A stretch of 63,107 nt of DNA, the filler included, from Neolecta irregularis DAH-3 (Eukaryota), in assembly GCA_001929475.1 (NCBI GenBank). It is 13 parts of 13 records of this genome, joined end to end, with 100 filler letters (N's around TTAATTAATTAA, not from the genome) between each part and the next. Parts side by side here need not be neighbours in the genome. Positions count along the whole stretch, not along the records: positions 47,624 to 58,254 come from LXFE01001333.1; positions 58,355 to 63,107 come from LXFE01001334.1; 11 more parts are not named here. The stretch is one strand, 5' to 3'. Positions 49,753 to 61,456 of this stretch are shown here, piece after piece. A program made the position numbers and the translations under genes. The notes below the pieces were generated by a model. That model worked only from the letters and a program-made list of their open reading frames with translations, was not told where the DNA came from and ran no database searches. Position 1 is the first letter of the stretch; the number at the start of each line of letters is the position of its first letter.

Positions 49753-51687
49753 GACAACACGCAGATATTTGTCAAGCTTTATCAGATCTGATATATGTTG
49801 AGATAGCCTAGTTTAGACGAGAAGGATGAGGGTAAATAAAACAGATGGAGACCATCGGTTCTTATAAGGTGTTGCTATAACTGGGAAGAGCAAGGCCTCA
49901 GCAACTGCGCAGTTTCTAACCCACCAATCAAAACAGTCCATTGACTTACACGAAACTTTTCTTTCCACGCCCGCGCAGTTCAGCATCGGCAGGATTTCAG
50001 ATATGTATTTATTTGTTCCTCATTATCGACAGTGAGTAAAGAGCGAAATCTTTTTCGGAAGAAAGCCATGGTGGATCAATACTGGAACGAGCAGAAGTCA
50101 GTAAGAAAACTGCATCCCGTATACCTGTGGTATATGGAGACACTAAAATGGGCCTGAGGGAACAAAACAATTAGAACCAGACTCTATTCACTTGACACCG
50201 GGAACCATTATAGGTAACGGTTCCCACTTCTATATCCAAAGTTGTGAACTCGAGAATGCTCGTAATAGTAAAATTCCCTTCGTCTTTTACGGTTATGGCC
50301 AGAAGCTCCTAAATGTCAATTCATAAAATCATTCTGTGATGGTATTTTATTATATATTGTACTTTACTTTAACTGAGGCTAGATGAAATCATATACATTA
50401 TACGTACTATGGCCCTTCACCATATTGTGTCTACTATGAGAAGATATCAAGAATTATGAGATTGGGTTCATTAGAGGGTTAGTAGTGTGTTTGTATATAA
50501 TCGCCATGCTTACCTATACTCTGTTAGACTGAAAATGCAGGCTGTTTGATATTTACTTCATCCTCTCAGCTCTCTAGGGGAGCTAGTCTACTGGTCCGGT
50601 TGACAAAATTACAATAGACATGTCCTTCAGGCTTCATTAAATCATCATAAAAGCAACATCGGAATATCTATATAATGGGAGACTCAGAGGAGAATGGGTA
50701 CATCAATGCAATCAATACCAGGCACATGGAATCAATTTCATGATCATTTAATGTAAGCGTTGAAGCTCGAGTTCGAATAAGACCAGGTTATTATACTAGC
50801 CTAAGTGACTGAACTTGACTAGGTAATGAACGCCTATCTACTTTATATAATACAAATTATATTGCCGCAATATTATTGCAAGCCTTCCTTCCGTAATGGT
50901 AAGCTCTACCCGATGGTATATTCTTACATTTACATTTTCAAAGTTAACTCGGCAAAACAATAAGAGTCTCTATAACAAATTTCAGATTTTAATTCATGTT
51001 TCCATCTTAAACAATGACATCTTAAACAATGATGTTTACCTCAGCATCGATTAAGCTTGCACCTTCACCAAGAGATCCAAACCACCCACATGAAGAGTGC
51101 TCTGGCAAGCGGCTAGGTTGTATGGCGGTTTGGCAGGTTTGATAAAAGGAAAATAGTGATAAAATGTAGAGTATGGAATATTATTTCAAATTGTTTCGCC
51201 TCAAAAGAAATTGCAATAGTCTGCCAACCTATCGCTCAAAGGAGTGCTTTTTCACTCCAGTAGAGCAGCAGCCTTCATTTTCACCAACACCATCTTCATT
51301 GGCAACCTCAGAATATTTACCAGCTTCAATCAACTCGCAGCAAAGCGGCACACCATCACCAAATATTGAAGAATCTGAAAATGACCAAACTACTTGCATC
51401 TGGAATCCAAAATGTTTTTCTGCAATTTCTGCATCTTCCATTGCTCCAATCTCAATGATATTGGTACCGTTGGAAAGCCCTCGTTGAGACACATCCGCTA
51501 GTGGTAATTACGTATTCCTGTGATGTGTTTGGTGGTGAAGTTAGGCGATTCCACAGGTGGGACAGAACACATGCAAATACACCATGATTAATGGAGCATG
51601 ACTTAAGTTCTTCTCATAATCATGAGCTTATTCGTACTAATTCCACAAGAAAAGATACAGCTCCATATATTCTTGACTCTGATGAAA

Positions 51688-53942
51688 TCAACTCATTTCG
51701 TCGTTCTCAAATGCGTCCAGACACGCAGCGCGATAAGCCTCATCTAGATCTGTATGAAAATAAGGTGTTTCACAACTCAATAGCCGCTTCTCACTTCCAT
51801 CTACATCATCCTCTGCGCCAAGCGCAACACTAAATATAGTTTCCTTGCCGCCTTCACTTCCGAATCCGACCGTCTTTAAAGCCCGTGTGATCCAAGGATT
51901 GTTAACACCTGCAAAATGCCAACGTACAGTCCGGCCGGAATATCGGTCGAGCTGTTTTTTGACGTCCACAAGGTTTTGAAGGCCTGTGATATCGAGGTGA
52001 GGTACGCCTTGAAAGTCCAAGACAATTGCTTTAAGAATTGGTCGAGTGTCGAGATTAAGCTCTTCAGGATCGGCATGTCGTGGCCCAGGCTGATTCCATG
52101 CCAGACTACCTAGATCATCAGGAGGATATCCTGCCCTAGTTTGCTGCAAGATATTTGTTACCATGTGATCTGTGAAATGATTCGCGTTAGGGTATAGAAA
52201 TCCCTCATTGAGACGATAAATAAATACACCTTCAACCGGTTTGCGTGGTTGCACTGAAGGATTTGAACCATCCGAATGATCGAGAGGGATATAAACGTTT
52301 CTGGGTCCGCTATCAGTTCCAGGTATGGCGACGTTGACTTGACCAAGAAATGTTCCTTGAGCTTTCGCTAAGCGGAAAAGGAGAAGGGCAGCGGAAATTG
52401 CGATAGTTGTATAAATTCCGTTTTCGATAGAACTGAAAACCGTCACAAAGATACCAACCCAGAAGATAAAAAATTCCAGAGCTGATTTGAAATTAGACTA
52501 GAAGGATAAAGGAAAAGTACGCGACACTCTGTAGAAATGGAGTAGCGTCTTGGGACTGACAATAAGATCTCCGACTGCATGAATAATCACCTAGGCATTA
52601 GCTAGTTCATCTAAAAGGATGAAATATACAGCAGCAAGTGAAGCGTTAGATATATAAAAAAACATCGGAGGCAACAGGTAGATTGCCAAGATAACAAGGA
52701 ATCCAGTAATTACTCCAGCCAAAGGAGTCCGTACTCCTGCTTTTGCCTTGATCGCTGTTCTCGAGAAAGATCCAGTAGCAGGGTATGCGCCAAAAAAAGG
52801 GCCAAAAATGTTTGCAATTCCAATGGCAATCAATTCCTGATTTGGATCAACTGGAGAGATCAGTAAAGGTCATCTGGAGAGCATATACTTGTGTAATTAT
52901 TGATTCGCCCAAAGCTTTTCGAAATTGCGATATGTTCGATTAAGAGGACGATAATTGCACTTGGAAGATATGGGACCAATGAGAGGAAGAGCGTTCCGTC
53001 GATTGCAGGCAAGCCGACGTTTTGGAATCCTCGGGGAACCTTTCCCAGAATCGAGATTCGGGGGTGTTGACGATGATTACGATTGATGAGATACGAAACC
53101 AATGTGTAAAGAAGAATAACGAAGACAGATCGAAGGGTATTTATGAAAAACCATATCCGTTCTCTTGAGGGTTGTCTTTTTGCCATATAGGTTGCTCCAT
53201 AACGAAGAGCGTATAAAAGGGAGAGAGCAGTAAGACCAACTGCAGCATTTAGGTCCGACCGTCTGAAATATTTAACTGAGTTGATGATAACCTTGAATGT
53301 CGCTGTGCGGGTGTCGAAGCCCGAAATCCCCATTAGTGCAGGAAACTGTCCAGCCGCAATGGATATAGCTGATCCTGTCATAAACGCTGCAATTGCAGGC
53401 AGCGGGATAAAATCAACGATGAAGCCAAGCCGAACAACGCCGAGAAAAAAGACGATGCAGCCGCAAACCAATGCAACAGCTGAGGCGATAACATGATTCT
53501 CGTATTGAGGATGTTTTGCACGTACCGAATCGACAATATTACCAACAAGAAGAGACATGACTGCGACTGGACCGATAGTGATATCCTTGGATGTCGCAAA
53601 GGCAAAATAAATCATAACGCCTACAAACGATGAATACAACCCAAATTGCGGTTCAAGCTGAGCGATCTTTGCATACGCCATTCCCTGAGGGACAACAACA
53701 AGTCCAACAGTTAATCCTGCAACCAGATCTCCAAAAAACCACTGGATATTATAACGATGTATCCAGGTTAAGATCGGAAAAAAGGAGAGAAAGTAGGATT
53801 TCGCCTGCTTCCCCGGACTAGACGTATTTGCCCGTAACCAGCTTATTACCGTCGGTTCTGGGGCCATATAAGAAGATTGGTGGTAAGTGAAAGATACAGG
53901 TGAACCCCCGGTCGAGGAAAATTTCTTTTTGATGCTGGACAT
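51688..53942 (-). CDS. SUL1: SulP/SLC26 sulfate permease with STAS domain (Sul1/Sul2-like)
   Basis: GDLVAGLTVGLVVVPQGMAYA, GLYSSFVG, EHIAISKSFGR, YPATGSFSRTA, and STAS motifs YPNANH and IVLDFQGVPHLDITG. Confidence 0.93.
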
Positions 53943-55189
53943 GTTGCCTTATGGTGGACCAGAGGCAGGAGTTTGGAAGAGGAAATGATATGATTGCTTT
54001 TGTATCATGGTGGGGCGGCTGAATAATATCACAGAGAAATGGCGTCATTCAGTCTACTCAAACATTATTGGCCTTCTTTTTTGACACATTGACCATGGTC
54101 AGGGATATTCATCAGTTCACATATAAAAGGCGAATTAGAGACTAGCTGTTAGATATTCATAGAAACATAAATTATATCGCGCTTCCTTGAACCAAGAGTC
54201 CAAAGTATCGCGAAGCTGCGTAACTCCCCTTTATTACCATGACAAGACTATCTTCTATAGACTGTAAACCGGGAGACAGAATTTTGCTCGTGGCGGATCT
54301 GACCGTAAAAGAAGCAATTATGTATCGTATAATATTCCCATGTCACACAATAAAGCATCAACACTTGGTCTGCCCCGGCAAGAAGCCAAAGTTTCCAAAA
54401 GATAATTCACATACTAATTTTCCTGGAATTTCCCGTACAGGGTTCTGATGCATCCTATCTGTAAAACAATGTAATAAAGTGACAATTTTAAGGGGGTAAT
54501 AGATGTAGGGGTTTGATAGGTTCTTTATCGGATATTGCTCTGCCTAACATGACATATGTGACTCGGATAACAATCTACTATCTTCGTTCTGACAATTCGT
54601 AATATTATCGCAGAGACAGACGCAATTTGAGTCAGTATAATTCCGATAAACAGCTTTCCCATGCAATCTCTTCCTGTGGTCCATATTCTATCTGTAAGTA
54701 TTTGGCCAAAGTACACTAACACTCGGTTTCATTCTAACCTAAGTATGTGAACTTGGTTAGGTACGTGTGATCCTACAAGACTATATACCCCAAATAATGT
54801 CCGTAATAAGATAAGGTCTTCACGTGCATGGTAAAAACTATTGTTCTTGCAATATCCATACAAATAGGAGAGATCCTTGTCAATCAAAAACAATCCGACC
54901 TTAAAATTCTTATTCTAGCGCACAATAAAATTAACCCTATCGGTCCGTCCTGATTCGATTGGAACTTTTGACATATGGGAAAAGTAATTACGATCGACAG
55001 GCAGACCGTTACTTCGAGGCGGAACATCTTTCAAGTAAGGTTTTTCATGCTTAACTTCTATCAGTGAAACAAAATAAAATATCTTTTGTACACATTATAC
55101 TACAACCCGTTGTGTTTCCGCCCTATTATTTCTCCAAGAACTTGGAAATCAAGAGATAATTGAGTCGGAGACTTGATTGGGCCCCTTGT

Positions 55190-55752
55190 CTGTTACATCA
55201 TATTCGTAAGCCTTCATGCATTCGTAAAGATGTCGAAGACGATCTGCATATTAGTATCTAGTGAACAAATGAATGCTTTACCTATAGGAAGACCGTCGGT
55301 GTACATTTCTCCATGTTTGGCGAAATAGCCCTCTTTATAAAGATACCATTCAAGTTGGGCATCCTGCAATGTCACATGGACTTCGAACTTTGAAGATATT
55401 TTTCCTGATATCAGTTAGATCGAGTAATAAAAATACTGGCTGTCTGTCTCCATTTGTCCTTGCATTCGGGTGAACCTGAGCATACTATGTAGGGATCCAG
55501 CCCGATAAAGGGGAATTTAGAAGTTATTTCAACTCTCAAAAATTCTGTCATTTCGAATGTCCACTCTAGCTTGGGGGCTACACGTGGTCTGGCGGACTTG
55601 GTGTCAACTGTTGGAGAATGCGACCTTTTGCGCTTGACCCTGTGGGATTCAGTCGGGACAATTGATTGATTCGAGTCAGAACTGTTGGCAGAGAGCTGTC
55701 GGGATCGACTTCGAGTCAACATTCTTATAGGAGAAGCAACAAATTTGACCAT
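55190..55752 (-). CDS. Hypothetical protein (spliced, 3' end uncertain)
   Basis: Basic Ser-rich ORF starting MVKFVASPIRMLTRSRS, with likely further exons. Confidence 0.35.
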
Positions 55753-56606
55753 TTTTGCAGAGTCCAAACAAATTGCAAGTAGAAGAATAAAGAATGAGAG
55801 GAGAGGTGGCGATTTAAGCAAATGAGGACCTGCAGGCAAACCCCATTGGAATGCGAGAGAAATTGTGTCAATGATGCAGTTTTACTGCAGGAATGCAAAA
55901 AGGTTATCAGAAAAGCAATCATGTCCATTGGGTATCCATCAATCTTGGATCGAAAGTCCCTTATTCCTCGAATAAAAAGAAAATATGCAAAACTTTTGAT
56001 GGTCATCACAAATTAGAAATCCATGTAACCATATCAAGAAAGAAATCCAAAATCCGAATATACTCAGAAGTAGCGAGCGCAATTAAACATTGGGTGTGGT
56101 CATTCAAATGATAAGACGCCGTGGAGGTGATGTGTCAAAAAGAGCTTGGAGGTTCATAGGATCAGCTTAAGTCAGGTGTGAATTATTCGGTGGAGTCCAA
56201 CTTGAAAATCTTTTGCCCACTCACCACTTGCGTTCTCATAATTTTAATCACTCCCAAGTCAAATCCCTCAATAGGTATGTCATTTCTCTTTCAACGACGG
56301 CTGTTGTGATGATAAAACATCTCAGACCTGTTCTGATTTCTGTGAGGATATCCGTTATATTGCCAATACCTGACTAGCCGGCTTGAGACTCGCTTTTCTT
56401 TCCCGCTTCACATTATAACAGTCGCTGACTTATCAAGATATATGGGTACTGAAAGCGGTTCTCTCGCATCTTATTCTTAAGAAGACAAGGATTTGGGGCG
56501 TGGTCTGGTCTGTGGTATTCAGTAATATGAACAACTATAGCGTACTCGCAATCTAGTTTCCTCTCAATATACATGATCTACCTTTGATATTTACTTGATA
56601 TTTCTC

Positions 56607-58254
56607 TCAAAACACTGACGCACCGATGGCAATAGCCAACAAAGCTGAAATATATATCTTCATAGAATTGCTCTTTCGACCCTTGGTGCTGCCACTCGTC
56701 AAGAGTGGCAAGGCTGGTCCCTTCTGGATACCAGGTACTGGTTCATTTTGAGACACAGTAGGTCGTGAAGAATTAAATTGCATTCTGAGTGGGGCAAGAA
56801 CATGTGGAGATACAGGCAGAGGAAGCCCGTGTGGGATCCCAGATTGAGTTTTAAGAGGGCGAAGACTACTAAGAAGACCGGTTTGATTTGCTGCGATTCC
56901 GAGAGCTTTTTGGGCTACAGGGAGAATCTGAGGCTGAAGATTCCTTTGAAGTTGATTTTTAGTGAATATTCGAGTCAGCCTTAGAGCAGGAGAATCGTCT
57001 TCATCCCCGGAGTCTTCAAAGTCTTCTTCCGATATCTCCAAAACCTGTGATCGTCGAGGAGAACCAGGTCGCGTGATAATCATAGATCGAGCATTAGTTT
57101 TGGCCATGGTTCCAGCTTGCGGGGGCATATTCAAGTCTTCTTCAAAGTTCTCTGAATATAAAGAAGGTCGAGTATTGAATGTTGCCTGAGCTCGACTCTT
57201 GGCAACAGCTTGAATTCGTAACGGCATTTCAGAGTTCTCCTCTTCATCTAACAAAGATTTGAATTCTGCATCGGCGAATGTAACCATTTTGCTTTTAGCA
57301 GAAGCCATTGCGTAGGTAGTTGCTTTAGTTTCAGTTTCTGGAATTCCAGTTGGAATGTCGAACTCAACCCCCGGATTTACCGAGCTCTTGGCAATCGCAG
57401 AAGCAAAGATGGTCTGTGAACGTTGGGTGCCAATAGGTCTTTCGACTTTATTTGAACTTTGCGCCAACGCCGTGAGTGTTTTGGGCCATTTGATCTCGGG
57501 ATCTTGAATGTCAATGGTAGTAAACGCAGATTGAGTAACAATCATCGATCGAGGAAAGTTACCAGGTGTGAAAGCGGGAGCTTGGCCTGTTTTAGACAAC
57601 CGGTCGCCGTTCTCCCCGACAAGGGAAGAAGATTGGGAGTGTGCGGTCGTTTTCATGGCAGGGTTTGGGGTCTTCTGTTCTTTCAACGCATGTCCGGAAA
57701 GTCGAAAAGACGAGGATTTCAAGATTGCTGAAGATTTGAGCGAGATAATGGGTCTAAATGTTTCGACTTCAATATTAGCTTCAGCTTCAGCTTTCGTTTT
57801 CTGCGGACCATAAACAACATGTGCGCGAGAAGTAGCCACTAGATGCTGACGAAGGATTGTTTTCGCTCGATTTGATTTCTTAGGCGCAGTAACTAGACTC
57901 TTGGGAAGGCCAAGGACAGAAGACTCTCGTTTGAGCGGAATAGTCTCAATCTTCACATCTGCTGATGATGTTGCTGTAATTCTGCTAAGAGGAAGATTTG
58001 GAAAAGGAAAGATTGTGACAGGGGGATCCGACTCAACATTCGCCGTAGACATTGTTTGCATTTTAATATTAAGTTGAGGGAAAGATTTGGTTTGAGATGA
58101 TTTCTTAGGTATCGAGACCAGGCTGTTAGGAAGAGCAAGGACCGAAGGCTCTGATTTGACTGGAACAGTTTCAATATTCACGTCTGCAGACGATGTGGCG
58201 GTAATTCTGCTACGAGGAAAACTTGAAAAAGGAAAGACATTGACAGGTAAATCT
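56607..58254 (-). CDS. Ser/Pro/Thr-rich repetitive protein with C-terminal hydrophobic segment (5' end lost in gap)
   Basis: Open frame of more than 524 aa, internal repeats FPF...SRITATSSADV.IET.P, and terminal IYISALLAIAIGASVF. Confidence 0.65.
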
Positions 58255-58450
58255 NNNNNNNNNNNNNNNNNNNNNNNNNNNNNNNNNNNNNNNNNNNNTT
58301 AATTAATTAANNNNNNNNNNNNNNNNNNNNNNNNNNNNNNNNNNNNNNNNNNNNCATGCTGCGAGTGAAATTCAATCACTCTGATACTATCCGTTCCGAG
58401 GATGGTTGTAGTGTACACGTTAGTGGGGGATCCGCTTGTTAGCCAACAAG

Positions 58451-59196
58451 ATGTCTTTTTCTAACGTATCCACCGAAATCGCGGATTTTCTCAAGATTCT
58501 TGAAGAATGTCCGGAATACACAAAAATGCTCAACGGGGAAATGTACAATGCGATGAATGATACTCTTTTTGACGCTCGACATCGAGCTAAACAGATCCTT
58601 CGGGGTAGGATCTCGTTTGGAAAAAAAGACTTACAGACAAGAATATAATGCAACTTTTGGCGATTCAGGATCGGCTAGAGATACACATACCAAACGACTT
58701 TTAATATTACGGCGATTAATCCCACTAGTTGACGATAGTACAATTATCGAACCTCCGTTTCTTTGCGACTATGTCTAGATGCCTTTTTACGGTGGTTGAC
58801 CGTTGCAGGGTGTCTCCATTTCGATAGGAAAAGAATTCTATGCAAACTACAATTGTACAATTCTAGATTGCGCTTCTGTGAAGATCGGGGATCGAGTAAT
58901 GTTTGGTCCAAATGTTAGTTTATACACTGCGACGTAAGTGTTTGTGCAGTACAATTTAACAAATTAGCCATACGACCAACGTTCAGCCTCGAAGAGAAGG
59001 TGTAGAACTTGCCTTGCCGATTTCAATTGGAGACGATTGCTGGATTTGCGGGAATGTGACGATTGTAGCTGGTGTGAATATTGGAAGGGGATCGACTGTT
59101 GCGGCTGGAAGTGTGGTAACAAAAGATGTCGACGAGTTTACTGTAGTTTCTGGGATTCCGGCTAAATTTGTTAAAAGACTCGAACATATTGATTAG
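58451..59196 (+). CDS. Maltose/galactoside O-acetyltransferase-like (Mac + hexapeptide repeat), 3 introns
   Basis: KMLNGEMYNA, IEPPFLCDY, YANYNCTILDCA.VKIGDRVMFGPNV, PISIGDDCWICGNV, AAGSVVTKDV, GIPAK. Confidence 0.92.
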
Positions 59197-59307
59197 CACG
59201 GGTCATAGATGACGTGGGCCGTTGCAAATGAACGTTGTCACTATGTATACAGTGATTAATGTCTATCTTACTAATACTACCGTACCCTTTCCATTACCTA
59301 ATTTCGC

Positions 59308-60337
59308 TAAAGAACCGTTTCCAAGATCATATTTTCATAACCAATTCCGAAAAAGACGCCACTCACACTACAATTCTACAAATTAATTTCCAGAGTTGAA
59401 GGTAAACAAACCTGGTGAATCCACCTACGGGAAACATATAAATTCCCTTGACTATACGATCTTTTTGGTCTTTGCATTTAGAGTTCCAGTGGCATGCAGA
59501 AGCCATGCTAGTCGACGTATGCGTAAAACAATCTCCACAATATACATTTTTGCAGAAGAAACACGAGACTTTCATGCATGCTCGACAACATATTTTTTCG
59601 CACGCAAAGCATGGAAGAGTTTTATAGCGAGGATACTGTTTTGAGCAGTGCGAGCAGGGTGCCTTCGAGGTACACGATGAGCAGAGATGCTTTGCATCGA
59701 GAAGAGTGGTGGGTCCTGTGGTGGCAGTCATACAACCGTTGCAGATCTTTGACGGAGATTGTCCCTTGACTACAGGGCAATTAACAACGACGTTTGATGC
59801 ACCTGTATGTTCATCGACGCAAAGATATCGGTTTACTTTGAGAAGCGGTGATTGTATGGTTTCAAGTTCAGAGACTTTTACATGTGACGACTGAAACTTG
59901 AAATTGCGAACGGATGGGCCGAGGTTTAGGGTAATCGACTGGGAAAAGGGGGTTGATTTGAACATGGCTATAATTGCGCTTTCTGGAGCATTGATGAGAC
60001 GAGATAGGACGAGATGCTGTAGCCGAGGATGTTGTTTGAGAATCTTCTCAATCGAGCTTATACTAACGAGTGTTCCCGACAAATCAATCTTCCGACTTCG
60101 GCGAATAACGCGAGATAACCAAGACATCTCGTTGTCTAGAATTGTGCAAATGATGTCATCAGTCAATTTGTGGCGACAAGCGACGTCTAAGCTTGAAAAA
60201 CGAACAACTTTTGGATTCCAGAATGTGCAGACGTATAGGTAAACGGAGCGGTTAACACCGACGAGGTTTTGGATACTGTTGATGTCGAGGTATTCGAGGA
60301 TAGAAGGGAGGATGTTGTGACTGATTGCTCGATGCAT
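59308..60337 (-). CDS. F-box-like/LRR-like protein with Cys-rich C-terminal region (3' end uncertain)
   Basis: N-terminal ILPSILEYLDINSIQNLVGVNR, LRR-like IDLSGT/LQHLVLS, and multiple CxxC pairs. Confidence 0.6.
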
Positions 60338-60837
60338 AGTTCAAGTTCTAATTGTCAATTATAAAAGCAACATTGACTTACAGAGGAAGCAACAAACAGA
60401 GAACTGAATTTCAAGACGGGAGGGAGTAGACTTTATATGTATCTACAATTATGATTACCTAGCAAGTTTTTTTTAGCGTCTAGTGGATAGAATGTTTATA
60501 AACATGCACAGGCCTGATCAGACTTGGCACAATCGCGAGGCTAGACCAAGTGTAACCTCAACACCTGCCCAAAATGGGGGTTGATAGACACAGCCTGAGG
60601 ATTGCAAGCCACAGCAGATTACAACCTAACCATCTTAACGGTTACCGGAATAACCACGAATGGCAAAGTCCACGTCACCGGAAAGTGCCCTATGGAGAAA
60701 AGCATGATTTCTATATTAAACAGGTTTTGCATTGTCAAGCAGGTTTGCTATATCGAGGTGTTCGTCCTGTACGGGGTGATCGGAACCCCGAAACAGTCGA
60801 GTCTGTCGCAAGAAAGCAAGCATCGACTTTATTACAA

Positions 60838-61045
60838 CACAATTCATAGCTGGGGTATCGAATTCATGACTGGGAGTTCATTACAAACAATTCGTGACTT
60901 GGGTATCGTATTCATAGCTGGAGTATTGTATTCATGGCTGGGGTATCGAATTCATGACTGGGAGTTCATTACAAACAATTCATGACTTGGGTATCGTATT
61001 CATGGCTGGAGTCATGACTGGAGTATCGAATTCATGGCTGGGTAG
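60838..61045. repeat. Minisatellite of ~20-nt units (ggctggggtatcgaattcat-like) with higher-order repeat
   Basis: Visible repeated blocks gggtatcg.attcat and gactgggagttcattacaaacaattc (x2). Confidence 0.8.
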
Positions 61046-61456
61046 CGTTACAAACAAATATATTACTGAAAGTTGATCACAAACATTGAAAAAGCCGTCT
61101 ATCTACGGGAATCCGTGGAAGCGAACGGGAGATCTAGGTCGATCTAGCAGGACCTGCCATTGATTTCCAAAGGTCGACAACAGCAGCATGGATAACCGGG
61201 GTAAGCGTTGACAATCCCGAGTCTCGATTGCAGATAACTGACAAGCCGATCGCGATTCACGATCGCGAAGTCGGCACGGGAGAAAGGGAGGGCTGTGATA
61301 CGGTTTGATATCACCCGATGGAAATATCTAAGCGAACAAGAAAGGACAATATCGCGTATAAAGACATTTAGCAAAAATAAAAGGTATGATATAAAAAACG
61401 AAAAGTACAATATAAAGCATTTTAGCCAAATAAAAGTATAAATAGAGCGATTCAGT

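Noticed and set aside
51173-51492. Overlapping ~100-aa ORFs downstream of the sulfate permease
   Set aside because: No recognisable domain; may be repeat-derived, but I cannot support a call.
58451-59196. Possible recent bacterial HGT of the acetyltransferase
   Set aside because: It has three host-style introns and the family is widespread in fungi.
60838-61045. Repeat-spacer appearance like a CRISPR array
   Set aside because: Eukaryotic context, no unique spacers and no cas genes; it is a minisatellite.
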